DNA from: Pseudomonadota bacterium
GTDB taxonomy: Bacteria; Pseudomonadota; Alphaproteobacteria; UBA11222
DNA length: 64,000 nucleotides
Assembly: GCA_049325255.1 (NCBI GenBank)
Contig: JBMOMW010000059.1
Span: 585-64,584, forward strand
Reading direction: 5' to 3'
In this document: positions 23,980-33,884 of the stretch, piece after piece
Layout of the letters: each line of letters begins with the position of its first letter
How positions within the stretch are numbered: the stretch's first letter is position 1
Made by a program: the position numbers and the translations under genes
Notes under the pieces: generated by a model
What the model was told of the DNA's origin: nothing
The model's database searches: none
The model's input: only the letters and a program-made list of their open reading frames with translations

Positions 23980-24771
23980 ATGGACGAGAAAACCTATTAC
24001 CGCGACCATTGGGTCGAGGTGGAGCCGGAACGGCTTAACGCCTATACGGAAATGTTCAAATGGCGGCCGGAAATGGAGCCATTGCTGGCCCCCGCCGACC
24101 TGCAACCCGGCCAGACCGTGGTGGATTATGGCTGCGGCCCCGGTGGGCTTGCGCTGGAACTGGCCAGGCGGGCTGGACCAACCGGGCATGTGCATGGGGT
24201 TGATCTGAATGCGGAATTTGCCGGACTGGCGCGCAAGGCGCTGGCTGAGGCAGGCTTTGGGGCCACCAGCACGGTGCATCATGTGATGGACGACAAAGTC
24301 CCCCTGGGGAATGCGTCGGTGGACCGGCTGGTGTGCAAGAATGTCATGGAATATGTGCCCGACATTAACGCCACTCTGGCCGAGTTCCGCCGGGTGGTGA
24401 AACCCGGCGGCATCGCGCATATCATCGACAGCGACTGGGGCATGCTGGTGGTCGAACCGCTTGGCCACGAGAAGCTGGGCGAACTGTTCGAAGCCGCAAA
24501 GCTGGCCTATCACACGCCGCATGCCGGCCGCATGCTGTATAGCGGCATGAAAAAGGCCGGTTTCGCCAATGTATCGGTGAAAATCCTGGCCAATGCCGAC
24601 ACAAAGGGGCATATGCAACTGGTGCTGCATAATATGGTGAATTATGCCAAGATCGGCGGCAGGATCGACCCCAAACGCGCCGGCGCCATGCTGGCCGAGG
24701 TCAAACAATCCATTGCCGACGGTACTTATATGATGGTGCTGCCGCAATTTCTGGTTACTGCGCAGGGCTAA
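23980..24771 (+). CDS. class I SAM-dependent methyltransferase
   Basis: SAM motif I VVDYGCGPGGLALELA is present. Start is placed at ATG 23980 after GGAAGGA. Confidence 0.8.
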   Translation: MDEKTYYRDHWVEVEPERLNAYTEMFKWRPEMEPLLAPADLQPGQTVVDYGCGPGGLALELARRAGPTGHVHGVDLNAEFAGLARKALAEAGFGATSTVHHVMDDKVPLGNASVDRLVCKNVMEYVPDINATLAEFRRVVKPGGIAHIIDSDWGMLVVEPLGHEKLGELFEAAKLAYHTPHAGRMLYSGMKKAGFANVSVKILANADTKGHMQLVLHNMVNYAKIGGRIDPKRAGAMLAEVKQSIADGTYMMVLPQFLVTAQG

Positions 24772-24793
24772 CTCAAAAATAAAGGGGAACACC

Positions 24794-25213
24794 ATGACAA
24801 CAGCAAAAGTAAGCGTGGATATTAGGGCAAGCGCTGATCAGGTGTTTGCAAAACTGGGTGATTTCGCAGGCGTTGAAGGGCCAATGATCAAATCGAAAAA
24901 GATCACCGGCTCAGGCATTGGCTGCCTGCGCGATCTGACGCTGGCGAACGGCGCACGGGTGATTGAACGGTGCGATAATCACGACGCCAACAGCCGTACG
25001 CTGACCTACAGCATCCAGAATGACGATCACCCGCTGCCGTTCAGCGCCTATGTCGCCACCCTTATTGTAACCCCGACTGGCGCCAGCACCTGCCGGGTTG
25101 ACTGGTTCAGCAATTTCAACGCCAGGGGCGCAACGGAAGCCGAAGCCATCAAGGCCGCTCAGGGCATCTATACCGGCGCCATCAAAGGCGTGCAGATCGC
25201 GCTGGGGGTTTAG
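24794..25213 (+). CDS. SRPBCC (START/Bet v1-like) family protein
   Basis: 139 aa. The N-terminal VSVDIRASADQVFAKLGDF pattern is typical of polyketide cyclase/SRPBCC proteins. Confidence 0.6.
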   Translation: MTTAKVSVDIRASADQVFAKLGDFAGVEGPMIKSKKITGSGIGCLRDLTLANGARVIERCDNHDANSRTLTYSIQNDDHPLPFSAYVATLIVTPTGASTCRVDWFSNFNARGATEAEAIKAAQGIYTGAIKGVQIALGV

Positions 25214-25428
25214 AAAAAGTTTCCGGTCGATTGTTCATCCCCCCGCTGCAGGTCGCCACGCCCACTTTGCGGTGCGTGATGGCAGCGGGGGGAAGCGATT
25301 CTATCCAAAATCATCCCGCGCCAGGGATAACCATTCGTTCATCCCTTTCGGATTATATCTACGCAACGCCGTAACAGCCCCCCACCGGCATGGTGATCTC
25401 TGCGCATTATTCGTACCGGGAACCCGTT

Positions 25429-25878
25429 ATGAACAAAAATCCCCGCTTAAGGCAATGGCCCGCCGCATGTATGGCGGCTTGCCTGCTGGCGGCAACCCTG
25501 CCATCCACGACGCATGCGGAGCCTGCATCCCATGGCGAGGAGGGAGAGGGTATGGAACTGCTTGTGGCGCCGGATTATTTGCCGATGCCATCGCTTAATA
25601 TTCCGATGCTCAAAAAAAATCGTTTAACGGGCAGCCTGAGGGTGGATATGGTGCTGGATGTCGCCACGGATGAGGCCATGGGGGCAATAAACGAAAAACG
25701 CACACTCCTGATCGCTGGTTATGCTGATGCGCTGGGCAGATGGGCGGCGGCCTTTCAGGATGTGCGCGCCCCCGTGAATGTGATTGCCATCAAAAACCAG
25801 TTGCAGACTGTGACCAATGAAGTTCTGGGCCGCACCGACGCCATTGTGCTGCTGCAAGGCGCGATGATAAACCGCTGA
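25429..25878 (+). CDS. secreted hypothetical protein, weakly FliL-like
   Basis: Signal peptide is MNKNPRLRQWPAACMAACLLAATLPSTTHA. The body (LNIPMLKKNRLTGSLRVDMVLDV...IKNQLQTVTNEVLG) follows the FliL-family beta-alpha pattern only loosely. Confidence 0.35.
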   Translation: MNKNPRLRQWPAACMAACLLAATLPSTTHAEPASHGEEGEGMELLVAPDYLPMPSLNIPMLKKNRLTGSLRVDMVLDVATDEAMGAINEKRTLLIAGYADALGRWAAAFQDVRAPVNVIAIKNQLQTVTNEVLGRTDAIVLLQGAMINR

Positions 25879-25884
25879 TTCAAA

Positions 25885-27510
25885 TTACAGTGCGCGAAAT
25901 TTGACGATAAAACGCGCCCCAAGAACTTTTCCATCCGCGTCCTTTCGATTTTCGGCTGTCAGACTGCCGCCATAGGCCTGGGTGATTTGTCTCGAAATGC
26001 TAAGCCCAAGCCCTGAATGGCGTCCAAACGCTTCGCCGTGCGGGCGCTCTGTATAAAAGCGTTCAAATATGGTTTCGAGATTTTCTTCTGGAATGCCTGG
26101 CCCTTCATCTTCGATGATAACCTGCACGTCGCGCCCGGACCGCTTCAGGCTTACCGTAATCATGCCTCCCGGCGGGCTGAACGATGCGGCGTTTTCAAGC
26201 AGGTTGCGCATCACCTGGCCAATGCGTCCTTCACCCCCCATCACGATAAACCTTTCATGGGGTGATATATCAAGACGAATTTTCGGCATGTCTTCACGGG
26301 TTTCTGTAAAGATCTCGATCAGCGCGCTTAGCAGGCTGGCCAGTTCCACCGGCTCTACTGGCGCGCGCGATAGCTGCGCATCCAGCCGCGAGGCTTGCGA
26401 AATGTCGCTGATCAGGCGGTCCATCCGGCGCACATCGTCCTGCAAAATACCCAGCAATTTATCGCGGGTTGCCTGATCTTTTGCGCGCGGCATGCTTTCT
26501 ACAGCGCTGCTGATGGAACTTAGCGGGTTTTTGATTTCATGCGCGACATCGGCGGCAAAATGCTCATTGGCGTCGATGCGGTCATAAAGCGCGGCGGTCA
26601 TATCGGCGAGCACCGCAGACAGATCGCCAATTTCATCATTACGCCTGCTGAAATCCGGGATGGTGGAGCGCCCCCCCTTGCGGTTGCGCACATTTTCGGC
26701 GGCGTCAGCAAGCTGCCGGATCGGGCGCACAATCGTGCCCGCCATCACCACAGACATAATCACACCGATCAAAAGCGCGACCAGAAACACTTCCAGAATG
26801 GATCGCCGCTCCGCACTTACAATTTCATTAATGTCACCTGCCTCGGTGGTCAGCATCAGGCCGCCCAGCACCATCTTGAATCGCTGCACCGGCACAGCGA
26901 CGCTCAGAATCGGTTCGCCCATGCTGTTTTCACGCACCGTGTTCGCAGGGTACCCCCGCAAGGCCAGCGTTACCTCGACAAATTCGGCGCCGCGCTTATC
27001 TTCTATTTCGCGATAGAGCGGCCGGCGCCATGCAGATAATTTGCTGCTCAGGCTGGAATAAAACTGCTCGATACGCTCCGCGAGCCGTTGGCTGAGGCGG
27101 GGCGCTTCAAGGGTAAAACTGCGTACCGGTTCGGGTAATATTTTTTGACGGCTATCCACGATTAACAGGCCATCCGCCCGAAACAGCCGGGCGCGGGTCT
27201 GTGTCGGCAAAACCAGGCGGTTAAGAATTTGTGCTGCAATGGCAGGGTTGATCTGGGTGACATCAAGACCCCGCGCAGAGGTAAATGCGATGGCGCTGGC
27301 GATAATTTCAGCCTGCGTGGTCAGTGAGGCAATACGGGTTTCAATCAACCCGCTGCGAAACTGGTTGAGATAGAGCGCCCCGCCTGCAAACAATCCCAGC
27401 CCCACGACATTGACGATCAGAATTTGCCGGGTCAGCGATGAAAACGGCCTGCGCCTGCGCACCCGCATACCTAGCGCGGGCGGACGCCGCCACAGCAGCT
27501 TCAGACGCAC
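25885..27510 (-). CDS. chvG: sensor histidine kinase ChvG/ExoS/BvrS-type
   Basis: 541 aa with two TM segments, a HAMP region, H-box FAADVAHEIKNPL and an HATPase domain (NLLENA, DEGPGI, GLGLSI). It lies downstream of chvI and near pckA, as in other alphaproteobacteria. Confidence 0.85.
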   Translation of the reverse strand: MRLKLLWRRPPALGMRVRRRRPFSSLTRQILIVNVVGLGLFAGGALYLNQFRSGLIETRIASLTTQAEIIASAIAFTSARGLDVTQINPAIAAQILNRLVLPTQTRARLFRADGLLIVDSRQKILPEPVRSFTLEAPRLSQRLAERIEQFYSSLSSKLSAWRRPLYREIEDKRGAEFVEVTLALRGYPANTVRENSMGEPILSVAVPVQRFKMVLGGLMLTTEAGDINEIVSAERRSILEVFLVALLIGVIMSVVMAGTIVRPIRQLADAAENVRNRKGGRSTIPDFSRRNDEIGDLSAVLADMTAALYDRIDANEHFAADVAHEIKNPLSSISSAVESMPRAKDQATRDKLLGILQDDVRRMDRLISDISQASRLDAQLSRAPVEPVELASLLSALIEIFTETREDMPKIRLDISPHERFIVMGGEGRIGQVMRNLLENAASFSPPGGMITVSLKRSGRDVQVIIEDEGPGIPEENLETIFERFYTERPHGEAFGRHSGLGLSISRQITQAYGGSLTAENRKDADGKVLGARFIVKFRAL

Positions 27511-27539
27511 AAACAGGTCTTTAATATAGAGGGTAATTT

Positions 27540-28253
27540 TCAGCTGCGGGTTCCGGCTTCATTATAGCGATATCCTACCCCATACAGGGTTTCGATGGCC
27601 GAGAAGGAATCATCCACAACCTTGAATTTTTTGCGCAGCCTTTTGATGTGACTGTCAATGGTGCGGTCATCCACATAGACCTGGTCATCATAGGCCACAT
27701 CCATCAGCTGATCGCGGCTTTTGACGTGGCCAGGGCGTTGGGCCAGCGCCTGCAACAGCAGAAATTCTGTTACCGTCAGCGTGACATCCTCACCGTCCCA
27801 GGTGCAGGCATGGCGCTGCGGATCAAGCACCAGTTTTCCCCGCACCATGGGTTTGGCGGCTTCTGCGCCGGCTTCGCCACGCTCTGCATTGCTATCGGCG
27901 CGGCGCAATACGGCGCGGATGCGTTCGATCAGCAGCCGCTGTGAAAATGGTTTGCGGATATAATCGTCGGCGCCCATTTTAAGGCCCAGAACTTCGTCCA
28001 TTTCATCGTCTTTGGATGTCAGGAAGATAACTGGAAAAGTGCCTTTTACGCGCAGGCGGCGCAACAGTTCCATGCCGTCCATACGGGGCATTTTGATATC
28101 CAGCACGGCCATGTCGGGCGGATTGGCGTCCAGCGCAGCCAGGGCCGTTGCGCCATCCGTATAGGTGCGCACGTGAAATCCCTCGGCCTCCAGCGCAATG
28201 GTTACAGATGTCAGAATATTCTGGTCATCATCTACTAGTGCGATCATAGGCAT
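27540..28253 (-). CDS. chvI: OmpR-family response regulator ChvI/BvrR-type
   Basis: Start is at ATG 28253 ([14 protein letters not shown]). It has a receiver domain (DIKMPRMDG) and a winged-helix C-terminus (TVYGVGYRY-like: TLYGVGYRY). Confidence 0.88.
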   Translation of the reverse strand: MPMIALVDDDQNILTSVTIALEAEGFHVRTYTDGATALAALDANPPDMAVLDIKMPRMDGMELLRRLRVKGTFPVIFLTSKDDEMDEVLGLKMGADDYIRKPFSQRLLIERIRAVLRRADSNAERGEAGAEAAKPMVRGKLVLDPQRHACTWDGEDVTLTVTEFLLLQALAQRPGHVKSRDQLMDVAYDDQVYVDDRTIDSHIKRLRKKFKVVDDSFSAIETLYGVGYRYNEAGTRS

Positions 28254-28360
28254 GTCAGTTTGTGCCCCATTTGTTGAAACCTGGGTAAAGGTTGGCCGCA
28301 ACTAAGCCGGAATTATGGCAAAATATAGCTGATTTCATGTGCGTGGTTTATATATAATCC

Positions 28361-29110
28361 ATGCAGTCCAAAACCGCCTCCAATACATCCGATCTTTCCG
28401 CACAGGCCCGCGCACTTGTTCGTGGCGCGCGCACGGCTGTCCTCAGCACACTTCTGGCCGGGAATGGGGCGCCGTATGGCAGCCTGGTTCTCAGCGCCAC
28501 ATGTCCGGATGGCGCCCCGCTTCTTCTGCTGTCAAAGCTGGCGGTGCATACGGAGAACCTGCTGCAGGATCCCCGTGCATCCTTGCTGTATGACGCCACC
28601 GGCGCCCTGGAGAATCCATTGACGGGCGCCCGGCTCAGTCTTGTTGGCGCCATCCAGCCAGTGCCGGCTGAGAGCATGGCGATCTGCCGGACCCGCTTTC
28701 TGGCCAGGCATCCGTCCGCCGCCGCCTATGCCGATTTTGCTGATTTCAGTTTTTATCGCCTGCAACCGGATCGCGCGCATTTGGTGGCGGGATTTGGCCA
28801 AATTAACTGGATAGAAGGGGCGGATTTACTGCTTTCGCGGGATCAATGGGCACATATTGCAGAGGCCGAGACTGGCATTCTTGCCCATATGAACAAGGAT
28901 CATCATGACAGCGTCGCCCTCTATGCAGAGAATCTATTAGGACAGGCCCCTGGACCCTGGCGGATGACGGGGTGTGACCCGGAAGGCTGCGATCTGGCGC
29001 TGGCTGGCACATTGGTGCGCCTGGCATTTGCGGCTATGGCCTGCACGGCGGAGCAGGCACGCCAGGAACTGGTGCGTCTCAGTCATCTGGCGCGGACAAA
29101 AACCCCTTAA
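28361..29110 (+). CDS. HugZ-family / pyridoxamine 5-phosphate oxidase-like protein with DUF2470
   Basis: 249 aa. The N-terminal split-barrel pattern is ARTAVLSTL...PYGSLV. The C-terminal part reads HMNKDHHDSVALYAENLLG...WRMTGCDPEGCDL. Confidence 0.65.
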   Translation: MQSKTASNTSDLSAQARALVRGARTAVLSTLLAGNGAPYGSLVLSATCPDGAPLLLLSKLAVHTENLLQDPRASLLYDATGALENPLTGARLSLVGAIQPVPAESMAICRTRFLARHPSAAAYADFADFSFYRLQPDRAHLVAGFGQINWIEGADLLLSRDQWAHIAEAETGILAHMNKDHHDSVALYAENLLGQAPGPWRMTGCDPEGCDLALAGTLVRLAFAAMACTAEQARQELVRLSHLARTKTP

Positions 29111-29418
29111 TTTGAAGGGGTTTATGGTAAAGATTAGCGGATTATTAAAATATCCTGAATTAATGTGATTATGATTACTGCAAATTCCAATTTTTTTGGG
29201 CATACATGTGTCCCGTACAGGTAATCTTTCTTGCTACAGACTTGTTGGGCTATTATTTTGCACGGTGCTTTTTTTAACTGGAGAATGAAACAGGTTGTGG
29301 CCATTGCATAATTATTATTTCTGGCTGGCCGGTTAAATCCGGAGCCATTCTTTGATAGCTTAACCAGTATACGATCAGCCGTAGCGCTTAAAACGACTGC
29401 GGTGTCAGGGAGAGAAGA

Positions 29419-31023
29419 GTGAAACATTCAGGACGCTTTGTCAGCAAATCCGGTATCGAGAAACAGGGCATCACCAAGGCCCGCCTGGTGTACTGGAATG
29501 AGTGTCCAGCGACCTTGTATCAAATGGCTGTGGAACGTGACGAAGGCATGATTGCCGAGGGCGGCCCTCTTGTGGTGCGTACCGGCACGCATACCGGCCG
29601 TTCGGCGCAGGACAAATTTACGGTGCGCGACGCCAGCACGGAAAAGAATGTGTGGTGGGAAAATAACAAGGCGATGACGCCGGAACATTTTGCCACCCTG
29701 CACAAGGATATGCTGGCCTATACCGAAGACAGGGAATTATGGGTGCAGGATCTGTACGGCGGCGCGGATCCCAAGTCGCGTTTGAATGTGCGCATCATTA
29801 CCCAGCACGCATGGCATTCGCTGTTCATCCGGCATTTGCTGGTTGAGCCGGAGTTGCATGAACTGGCGGCTTTTACGCCAGAATTCACTATCCTGCATCT
29901 GCCTGACTTTGAAGCCAATCCTGCCAAACATGGCGGGCGCTGTGAAACCATGATCGCCGTGAATTTCGCTGAACGCACGGTGCTGATTGCGGGCACCAGC
30001 TATGCCGGTGAAATCAAGAAGGCGGTTTTCACCATTCTCAATTATCTGCTGCCGGAGCGTGGCGTCATGCCGATGCATTGTTCTGCGAATGTCGGCCCCA
30101 ATGGCGACACAGCCATTTTCTTTGGCCTGTCCGGCACGGGCAAGACGACGCTTTCCGCCGACGCCAGCCGCACCCTGATCGGCGATGATGAACATGGCTG
30201 GGCCGATGATGGCATATTCAATTTCGAAGGCGGCTGCTATGCCAAGATGATTCGCCTGTCGCCAGAGGCCGAGCCGGAAATCTATGCGACCACGCGCATG
30301 TTCGGAACGGTGCTGGAAAATGTCGTCATTGATCCGGTTACGCGCAAGCTTGATCTGGACGATGACAGCTATGCGGAAAATTCACGCGGCGCCTATCCGA
30401 CCACCTATATTCCCAACGCCAGCCGCACAGGCGTCGCTAAGGGCAGCCCCAGGAACATCATCATGCTGACCGCCGATGCGTTCGGCATCCTGCCCCCAAT
30501 CGCAAAACTGACCCCAAGCCAGGCGATGTACCATTTCCTGTCTGGTTACACGGCGCGCGTTGCGGGTACGGAAAAGGGCGTGACCGAACCTTCGGCCACA
30601 TTCTCCACCTGTTTTGGCGGCCCGTTCATGCCGCGCCATCCCAGCGAATATGGCAATCTGCTGCGTGACAAAATCGCTGCGCAACAGGTGGATTGCTGGC
30701 TGGTGAATACCGGATGGACCGGCGGCGCATACGGAACCGGCAAGCGCATGCCAATCAAGGAAACCCGCGCGCTGCTCGCTGCCGCGCTGGACGGATCGCT
30801 GGCCAAATCAGGCATGCGGATGGACCCGAACTTTGGTTTTCAGGTGCCGGTCTCTGTGCCGGGTGTGGACACATCCATCCTTGACCCGCGCGGCACCTGG
30901 CCGGACAAGGCCGCCTATGATGCACAGGCCCAAAAACTGGTTGCCATGTTCGTCAAGAATTTCGAAAAATTTGTGGATCATGTCGGCGAAGATGTCCGCG
31001 CCGCAGCGCCAAGCGCCGCGTAG
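29419..31023 (+). CDS. pckA: phosphoenolpyruvate carboxykinase (ATP)
   Basis: 534 aa with the kinase-1a motif [13 protein letters not shown] and [11 protein letters not shown] start. Confidence 0.95.
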   Translation: MKHSGRFVSKSGIEKQGITKARLVYWNECPATLYQMAVERDEGMIAEGGPLVVRTGTHTGRSAQDKFTVRDASTEKNVWWENNKAMTPEHFATLHKDMLAYTEDRELWVQDLYGGADPKSRLNVRIITQHAWHSLFIRHLLVEPELHELAAFTPEFTILHLPDFEANPAKHGGRCETMIAVNFAERTVLIAGTSYAGEIKKAVFTILNYLLPERGVMPMHCSANVGPNGDTAIFFGLSGTGKTTLSADASRTLIGDDEHGWADDGIFNFEGGCYAKMIRLSPEAEPEIYATTRMFGTVLENVVIDPVTRKLDLDDDSYAENSRGAYPTTYIPNASRTGVAKGSPRNIIMLTADAFGILPPIAKLTPSQAMYHFLSGYTARVAGTEKGVTEPSATFSTCFGGPFMPRHPSEYGNLLRDKIAAQQVDCWLVNTGWTGGAYGTGKRMPIKETRALLAAALDGSLAKSGMRMDPNFGFQVPVSVPGVDTSILDPRGTWPDKAAYDAQAQKLVAMFVKNFEKFVDHVGEDVRAAAPSAA

Positions 31024-31072
31024 GTAGCGCGTCTGCATCAAAGCGCTGCGTATTACATAGGGCGGGCGGTTA

Positions 31073-31609
31073 CTACTCCTCAAACTCCTCGCCGGGATAG
31101 ACGCCCCACAGCGTATCGCGGTGCATCCAGCCTTCGCTGTCTTCGAATCGAATGGCGCACCAGTCGCCATGACATTGGCTGATCTCACCGATGGCGCCCG
31201 CTTCCGCCATCAGAACCGGTTTACCCGCTTCGGCTTTTGCATAAGCGGGCGTCAGTTCCCCGGTTTTGCCGCTGGTAATCACCATTCCCATGCGCTTGCC
31301 GCTCAGCATGGTTTTGTGCACCCAGCCTACTTCGCCAGAGCGTTCGCGGATTTTGCGCCAATGCTCAAATTCCTCCACAATTTCTACCGGAAGGTGGCGG
31401 CGCTGCAAAATCCATGAAATAGGATACTGCCTTCCCGGTCCCATCCGCAGATTGACGCGCGCAGCGGTAATGCTGACAAAACGCGGTATCGGAAAACCGG
31501 ATACGCCGACGCCGGACTGTTCCGCAGCAGGCTTTGGGGCCGCCGCCGGTTCCGCCAGCACAGGGGAAGAAAACAGTAACGCCAATAAAATAAGGACCGG
31601 CCTGATCAT
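31073..31609 (-). CDS. SH3-like (DUF1058) domain periplasmic protein
   Basis: Start is at ATG 31609 (MIRPVLILLALLFSSPVLA signal). VNLRMGPGRQYPISWILQRRHLPVEIVEEFEHWRKIR fits a bacterial SH3 domain. Confidence 0.7.
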   Translation of the reverse strand: MIRPVLILLALLFSSPVLAEPAAAPKPAAEQSGVGVSGFPIPRFVSITAARVNLRMGPGRQYPISWILQRRHLPVEIVEEFEHWRKIRERSGEVGWVHKTMLSGKRMGMVITSGKTGELTPAYAKAEAGKPVLMAEAGAIGEISQCHGDWCAIRFEDSEGWMHRDTLWGVYPGEEFEE

Positions 31610-31771
31610 CAAAAACCGTTCTGGTTGCAAATAAGCAAATCGCATAAGCTGCTTATTGCCCGCAAGAGGCCGGGTGGTCAATGCGGTAGTTTGTTTCATG
31701 GGCCGAGTTCTGCTAGACAGACAGGATATAATCATGACCGCGCCAGGCGGTTAACTGCAGGTATCAGGCAA

Positions 31772-32755
31772 ATGACTACAAAACCCCTTGTCATTGTGAC
31801 ACGCAAACTCCCCGATGCGATCGAAACGCGCATGCGCGAACTGTTCGACGCACGGTTGAATCTCGATGATAAACCCATGACGCCGGCAGAACTGGCCGAG
31901 GCGTTAAAGATCGCAGATGTGCTGGTCCCGACCCTGACCGACCGGCTGGATAGCCGGCTTCTGGCCCAGGCGGGAGAAAAGCTGAAACTGATCGCCAATT
32001 TCGGCACTGGCGTCGATCACATAGACGTTGAATCGGCGCGTTCGCGCGGCATCATCGTCACCAATACGCCGGGTGTGCTGACCGAGGACACCGCCGATAT
32101 GACCATGGCGCTGATCCTGTCTGTGCCGCGCCGCATCACCGAAGGGCTGGATTTGCTGCGCGGCGGGGAATGGGGCGGGTGGGCGCCCACCGGGCTGCTG
32201 GGGCGGCGCATTTATGGCAAGCGGCTGGGCATTATCGGCATGGGGCGCATCGGCCAGGCGGTGGCGAAACGCGCCCGCGCCTTTGGCCTGCAAATTCATT
32301 ATCACAACCGCCACAGGGTCAATGCGGCGATAGAAGAAAGCCTGGAGGCGACCTATTGGGAAAGCCTCGATCAGATGCTGGCGCGCATGGATATTATTTC
32401 CGTCAATTGCCCGCATACACCGGCAACCTTTCATCTGCTGTCGGCGCGGCGTCTGCAATTGCTGCAACCGCATGCCTATATTGTCAACACGGCGCGCGGT
32501 GAAATCATCGATGAAAACGCCCTGACCCGCATGCTGATCAACGGCAAGATCGCGGGCGCGGGCCTCGACGTGTTCGAGCATGAACCCGCAGTGAACCCGA
32601 AACTGCTGGGGCTGAAAAATGTGCTGCTGCTGCCGCATATGGGCTCCGCCACCATCGAGGGCCGCGTGGATATGGGCGAAAAGGTCATCATCAACATCAA
32701 GACCTTCGTCGATGGCCACGCGCCGCCCGACCGGGTGATCCCGAGCATGCTGTAA
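31772..32755 (+). CDS. D-isomer-specific 2-hydroxyacid dehydrogenase (glyoxylate/hydroxypyruvate reductase-like)
   Basis: NAD fold LGIIGMGRIGQAVAKRA and the catalytic region NTARGEIIDE...LDVFEHEP...LPHMGSAT are present. Confidence 0.88.
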   Translation: MTTKPLVIVTRKLPDAIETRMRELFDARLNLDDKPMTPAELAEALKIADVLVPTLTDRLDSRLLAQAGEKLKLIANFGTGVDHIDVESARSRGIIVTNTPGVLTEDTADMTMALILSVPRRITEGLDLLRGGEWGGWAPTGLLGRRIYGKRLGIIGMGRIGQAVAKRARAFGLQIHYHNRHRVNAAIEESLEATYWESLDQMLARMDIISVNCPHTPATFHLLSARRLQLLQPHAYIVNTARGEIIDENALTRMLINGKIAGAGLDVFEHEPAVNPKLLGLKNVLLLPHMGSATIEGRVDMGEKVIINIKTFVDGHAPPDRVIPSML

Positions 32756-32767
32756 TTTATACTTGGA

Positions 32768-32806
32768 AGGCCCCGCGCAAAATTTTGCGCGGGGCCTAAT
32801 TTTTTG
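32768..32806 (+). terminator. rho-independent terminator after the 2-hydroxyacid dehydrogenase gene
   Basis: A perfect 15-bp stem AGGCCCCGCGCAAAA/TTTTGCGCGGGGCCT is followed by AATTTTTT. Confidence 0.85.
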
Positions 32807-32827
32807 CGTCAATACTCAATATATAGG

Positions 32828-32856
32828 TTGACTATCAATTATTCAGTTGATAATAT
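32828..32856 (+). promoter_or_regulatory. sigma70-type promoter TTGACT-17 nt-TAATAT with overlapping inverted repeat (putative ArsR operator)
   Basis: TTGACT lies at 32828-32833 and TAATAT at 32851-32856. ATCAA...TTGAT arms sit inside the spacer. The arsR-family ATG is only 6 nt past the -10 hexamer. Confidence 0.5.
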
Positions 32857-32862
32857 TACCGC

Positions 32863-33306
32863 ATGATCAAAAACCAGGCCATACTGCCCATTACCGGCAA
32901 TGAAGAAGCGCATGCGGACGAAATGCTGAGCCGCGCCTTCTTTGCCCTGTCGGACCCGGTCCGCCGCGCCATTCTGGAACGGCTGCGTGAGGAGCCGCTG
33001 CTGGTGTCGGAGCTGGCCGCGCCTTTCAACATTTCGTTACAGGCCGTCTCAAGGCACATTCAGGTGCTGGTGCGGGCGGGTCTGGTGCAACAAGAGCGCA
33101 CAGGACGCATCAGCACTTGCAGCCTGGATATTGGCCCCCTGTTTGACGCCGCTGTCTGGATCAACCGCTACAGTCATTACTGGCAGGCGCAATTTGATCA
33201 TCTGGTAACGGCATTGGAAGATATTGACCAGCGCCGCGCGCCGAAGCGCAAGCACCCAAGCGGGTCAGGCAGCCCGCCACCCAAAACTGGAAGGAAAAAG
33301 CCATGA
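32863..33306 (+). CDS. ArsR/SmtB-family transcriptional regulator
   Basis: LSDPVRRAILERLREEPLLVSELAAPFNISLQAVSRHIQVLVRAGLV is a winged-HTH motif. Confidence 0.88.
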   Translation: MIKNQAILPITGNEEAHADEMLSRAFFALSDPVRRAILERLREEPLLVSELAAPFNISLQAVSRHIQVLVRAGLVQQERTGRISTCSLDIGPLFDAAVWINRYSHYWQAQFDHLVTALEDIDQRRAPKRKHPSGSGSPPPKTGRKKP

Positions 33307-33872
33307 AATATACAGAAGCAACCGGAAAACTGAACAACTACCGTCAGCAGATTGGAGAAATCCGCCAGGCGATGCGCAAGGTTCAAAGCGAGATCGAACC
33401 TCAGGAAGTCATGGACTATAATTTCAAAACTCTTTTGGGCGAAGCATCTCTCTCAACTCTGTTTGGCGGTAAGGAGGATTTGTTCGTCATTCATAATATG
33501 GGCGCATCCTGTGCGTACTGCACCCTATGGGCCGATGGTTACAACGGCGCCTATGATCACCTGGCCGATCGTGCCGCCTTTGTCATCAGCAGTCCCGATG
33601 CACCCGATGTACAGAAGCGCTTTGCTGAAAAACGCGGCTGGCGATTTCCAATGGTCAGCCATCAGGGTACCAGCTTTGCCGCGGATATGGGCTATCGCAG
33701 TGAAAAGGGATCATTCTTACCCGGCGTTTCGGTGTTTCAACGCAATCATGGAAAAATCTACCGGGTCGCCGACACGTTTTTCAATGACTATGATGATTTC
33801 TGCGCTGTCTGGCATCTGTTCGACATGTTGCCCGAGGGTGCCAATGGCTGGCAGCCCAAATTCACCTACTGA
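33303..33872 (+). CDS. DUF899-like thioredoxin-fold protein
   Basis: 189 aa with a 4-nt overlap onto the arsR-family gene. The LFVIHNMGASCAYCTLWADG region resembles the DUF899 CxxC-type core as I recall it. Confidence 0.55.
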   Translation: MKYTEATGKLNNYRQQIGEIRQAMRKVQSEIEPQEVMDYNFKTLLGEASLSTLFGGKEDLFVIHNMGASCAYCTLWADGYNGAYDHLADRAAFVISSPDAPDVQKRFAEKRGWRFPMVSHQGTSFAADMGYRSEKGSFLPGVSVFQRNHGKIYRVADTFFNDYDDFCAVWHLFDMLPEGANGWQPKFTY

Positions 33873-33884
33873 CAGGAGGATAGT

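Noticed and set aside
23887-24795. 302-aa minus-strand ORF
   Set aside because: It is fully antisense to the SAM-dependent methyltransferase, which has a clear SAM motif and RBS. Its translation is His/Gly/Gln-rich and lacks recognisable motifs, which is typical of a high-GC shadow ORF.
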